Shown: positions 62,080-64,000 of the stretch, piece by piece
Numbering within the stretch: position 1 is the stretch's first letter
Layout of the letters: each line of letters starts with the position of its first letter
Assembly (NCBI GenBank): GCA_030141605.1
Contig: JAQGDQ010000110.1
Location: 124,001-188,000 of the forward strand
Direction: 5' to 3'
Source: Tubiluchus corallicola
Taxonomy: Eukaryota; Animalia; Priapulida
DNA: 64,000 nucleotides
Program-made: the position numbers and the translations under genes
The notes under the pieces: model-generated
Seen by the model: only the letters and a program-made list of their open reading frames with translations
The model's database searches: none
Told to the model about the DNA's origin: nothing

Positions 62080-62922
62080 TTACTTGCAGAAACAGATTTT
62101 CTTAAATGCTGTTCTAAACTTGCTATTCATAACTGCATAAACAAATGGATTGGCAAAACTGTTACAATATCCAGACAAAAGATAGAGAGATCGCATTTGT
62201 GGATTTGAATGTGGTTTTGTTAGGATGAAATTAGGTCCCCAGCAAACTATAAACACAACAGTGATCATAAGCAGCATTTTTGTCGCTTTCATTTCTGCCA
62301 CTTTTACACTTGTTTGCGGATTTTCTTGGTGAATTCTTAACAGTTGTTTCCGTGCAGCTCTCCACATTAGTACATACAGTACGGGCAATGTGACAGCGGG
62401 CAAATAAAAAAATAGAATATTGTTGTATATTAAGAAAATTCTGGGAATGTTGCTCATCACAAGAGCATGAAGTATACATGCTGCAGCTAAACTAAAACAC
62501 CACGTAACACAAAGTATTGCAGCTATCGTTTTTCGTGTGATGTAGATGTTGTACTTATATGGATGTAAAACTGCCAGGTACCTTTCTGCAGCAATTACAC
62601 ATAGATGTAGTATACTAGTATTTGTCAAAAATACCACAACATTTCCAATGACATCACGTGAAATACGTTTTCTTTTTCCTGGAAAGAGAATTTGTGAAGG
62701 CAGTATTATTCCGACTAATAAATCTGTTATGGCTAGCGACACAATGAAGGCATTTGTTTTCGTCTGTAGCTGTTCATAATTATATACTGCAAGCACAACT
62801 AGCAGATTACCTACTACTATAATTATCGCAGTGAGTAGATACAAAACAAATTCTGACACATAAAGCACTGTTTGCAACCCTACTTCTGTTCCATTTACAG
62901 TAAAATTAGTCATTAAATGCAT
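62080..62922 (-). CDS. Intronless class A (rhodopsin-like) GPCR, orphan, inside an ACOX1 intron
   Basis: Seven hydrophobic segments with GNLLV, SLAITDLLVG, AERY, TM4 W, CWGP, NSFANPFVY, helix 8 KFRTAF; N-glycosylation sequons NFT/NGT; first ATG at 62922. Confidence 0.9.
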   Translation of the reverse strand: MHLMTNFTVNGTEVGLQTVLYVSEFVLYLLTAIIIVVGNLLVVLAVYNYEQLQTKTNAFIVSLAITDLLVGIILPSQILFPGKRKRISRDVIGNVVVFLTNTSILHLCVIAAERYLAVLHPYKYNIYITRKTIAAILCVTWCFSLAAACILHALVMSNIPRIFLIYNNILFFYLPAVTLPVLYVLMWRAARKQLLRIHQENPQTSVKVAEMKATKMLLMITVVFIVCWGPNFILTKPHSNPQMRSLYLLSGYCNSFANPFVYAVMNSKFRTAFKKICFCK

Positions 62923-63795
62923 GGTCAGGTCCCACACACTTCAATCTGTGAACAACAAATTTTCTTCTATTTTTGTAAAAATGAACATTTCAACTAACAC
63001 CTACAGCTCATAATTGCACAATGTGACAAAGCTGCACTTGTGAATCACTTATTTACCCTCAGCTGCAGCAACAATGCACAGTGCTTCTATCAGTCAATTG
63101 ACAATTGACACTGTTAATTTCGATGCATGATACTGAATACAAGAGTTCGTGAAAATAAATAGTTCATAATATTGCATGCGCCCACTGTGTGTGCTTAAAT
63201 GTACATTAACAGCAGGTGCACATATATTTGCCATTGTGTGCTTTCATAGACGTATTCATTAGATGACGAATAGTTTATATAAGCTTATTGTTCTCAACTG
63301 TGAAGGAAAATGTAACACATATAATGTAATGTGCAGTGGTGGTTACGACCACACTATTAACACCCACTTGCCTACTTATGCCTAGGGATGTTCGTGATTA
63401 GTGTAGTTATGATCCCATTCCCAAACAGCGAAAGTGAACTTTAGTCAAACCCCGTTCCTAAACATTCAGTCAGTTCCGTGCCCCGTTCCCGAACTTCTCA
63501 TTCAGTTCCAACCTTAAAAACTTTACAATATTTGAAAAACAATGTTTACAGCACAACATACAATAATACATTTATACAGTAATCTATACGTATCAATTTA
63601 TAATTTGCTTTAACTGTGCTAGTGACTTAAAACTGAAGTGAAGTAAGAGAAGTTTTGTCATCACAGATATTTTTGCTCATTTTCTGAAAACAGTGTGCCT
63701 AGGTCCACTAGATTCATTTTTATTCGGGCACTCAAATGAAGGAAGGAATTTACAATCCCCACATGATTTTATACCCTAATCTTATCGCTAGCCAT

Positions 63796-63832
63796 AACCC
63801 TAACCCTAACCCCACCCTAACCTTAACCCTAA
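63796..63832. repeat. Short degenerate (TAACCC)n telomere-like tract
   Basis: TAACCCTAACCCTAACCCCACCCTAACCTTAACCCTAA. Confidence 0.7.
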
Positions 63833-64000
63833 TTTTAATCTTAAGCCTAATGCTAATCCACTTCACAAACTAATTTCTTGTGTGTGAGAAACTGCTAACT
63901 TCAGCCCAAATGAAAACAGCATGTAAAGATTAATGCATGTTCAGTGTAGATTTTTTAAAAATGATTTGGACTTTTTTACAACGAAATTGCTTCCCATGCA

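Noticed and set aside
63796-63832. Telomere or chromosome-fusion scar
   Set aside because: Only about six degenerate units inside an intron; such tracts are common in invertebrate dispersed repeats.

Overview
AT-rich, intron-containing animal (invertebrate-like) genomic DNA, not prokaryotic. Host genes in order: the 3' part of APC (+), a two-exon GT31 glycosyltransferase (+), DNTTIP2/Fcf2 (+, 6 coding exons, with a decayed piggyBac and a LINE fragment in its introns), HSD17B8 (-, 5 exons, with a MITE and a solo LTR in intron 1), the last two exons of a trypsin-like protease (-), and the last ten exons of peroxisomal ACOX1 (-, ends SKL), with an intronless class A GPCR on the same strand inside an ACOX1 intron. 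36.4-49.6 kb is a nested Ty3/gypsy complex. An intact, young Mag-like element (identical 81-bp LTRs, CTGAC target duplication) sits inside an older decayed gypsy element. Between its integrase and its PPT/3' LTR, the older element carries an env-like ORF, several small accessory ORFs and an intronless, frameshifted nuclear hormone receptor gene (DBD plus LBD). Directly downstream of the receptor lies an array of nine co-oriented TGAACT (AGTTCA) hexamers, the nuclear-receptor half-site. The best candidate for a new system is this complex LTR retroelement carrying its own nuclear receptor and possibly its own response elements. Exon boundaries were read by eye from GT/AG sites and phase; no database searches were run.
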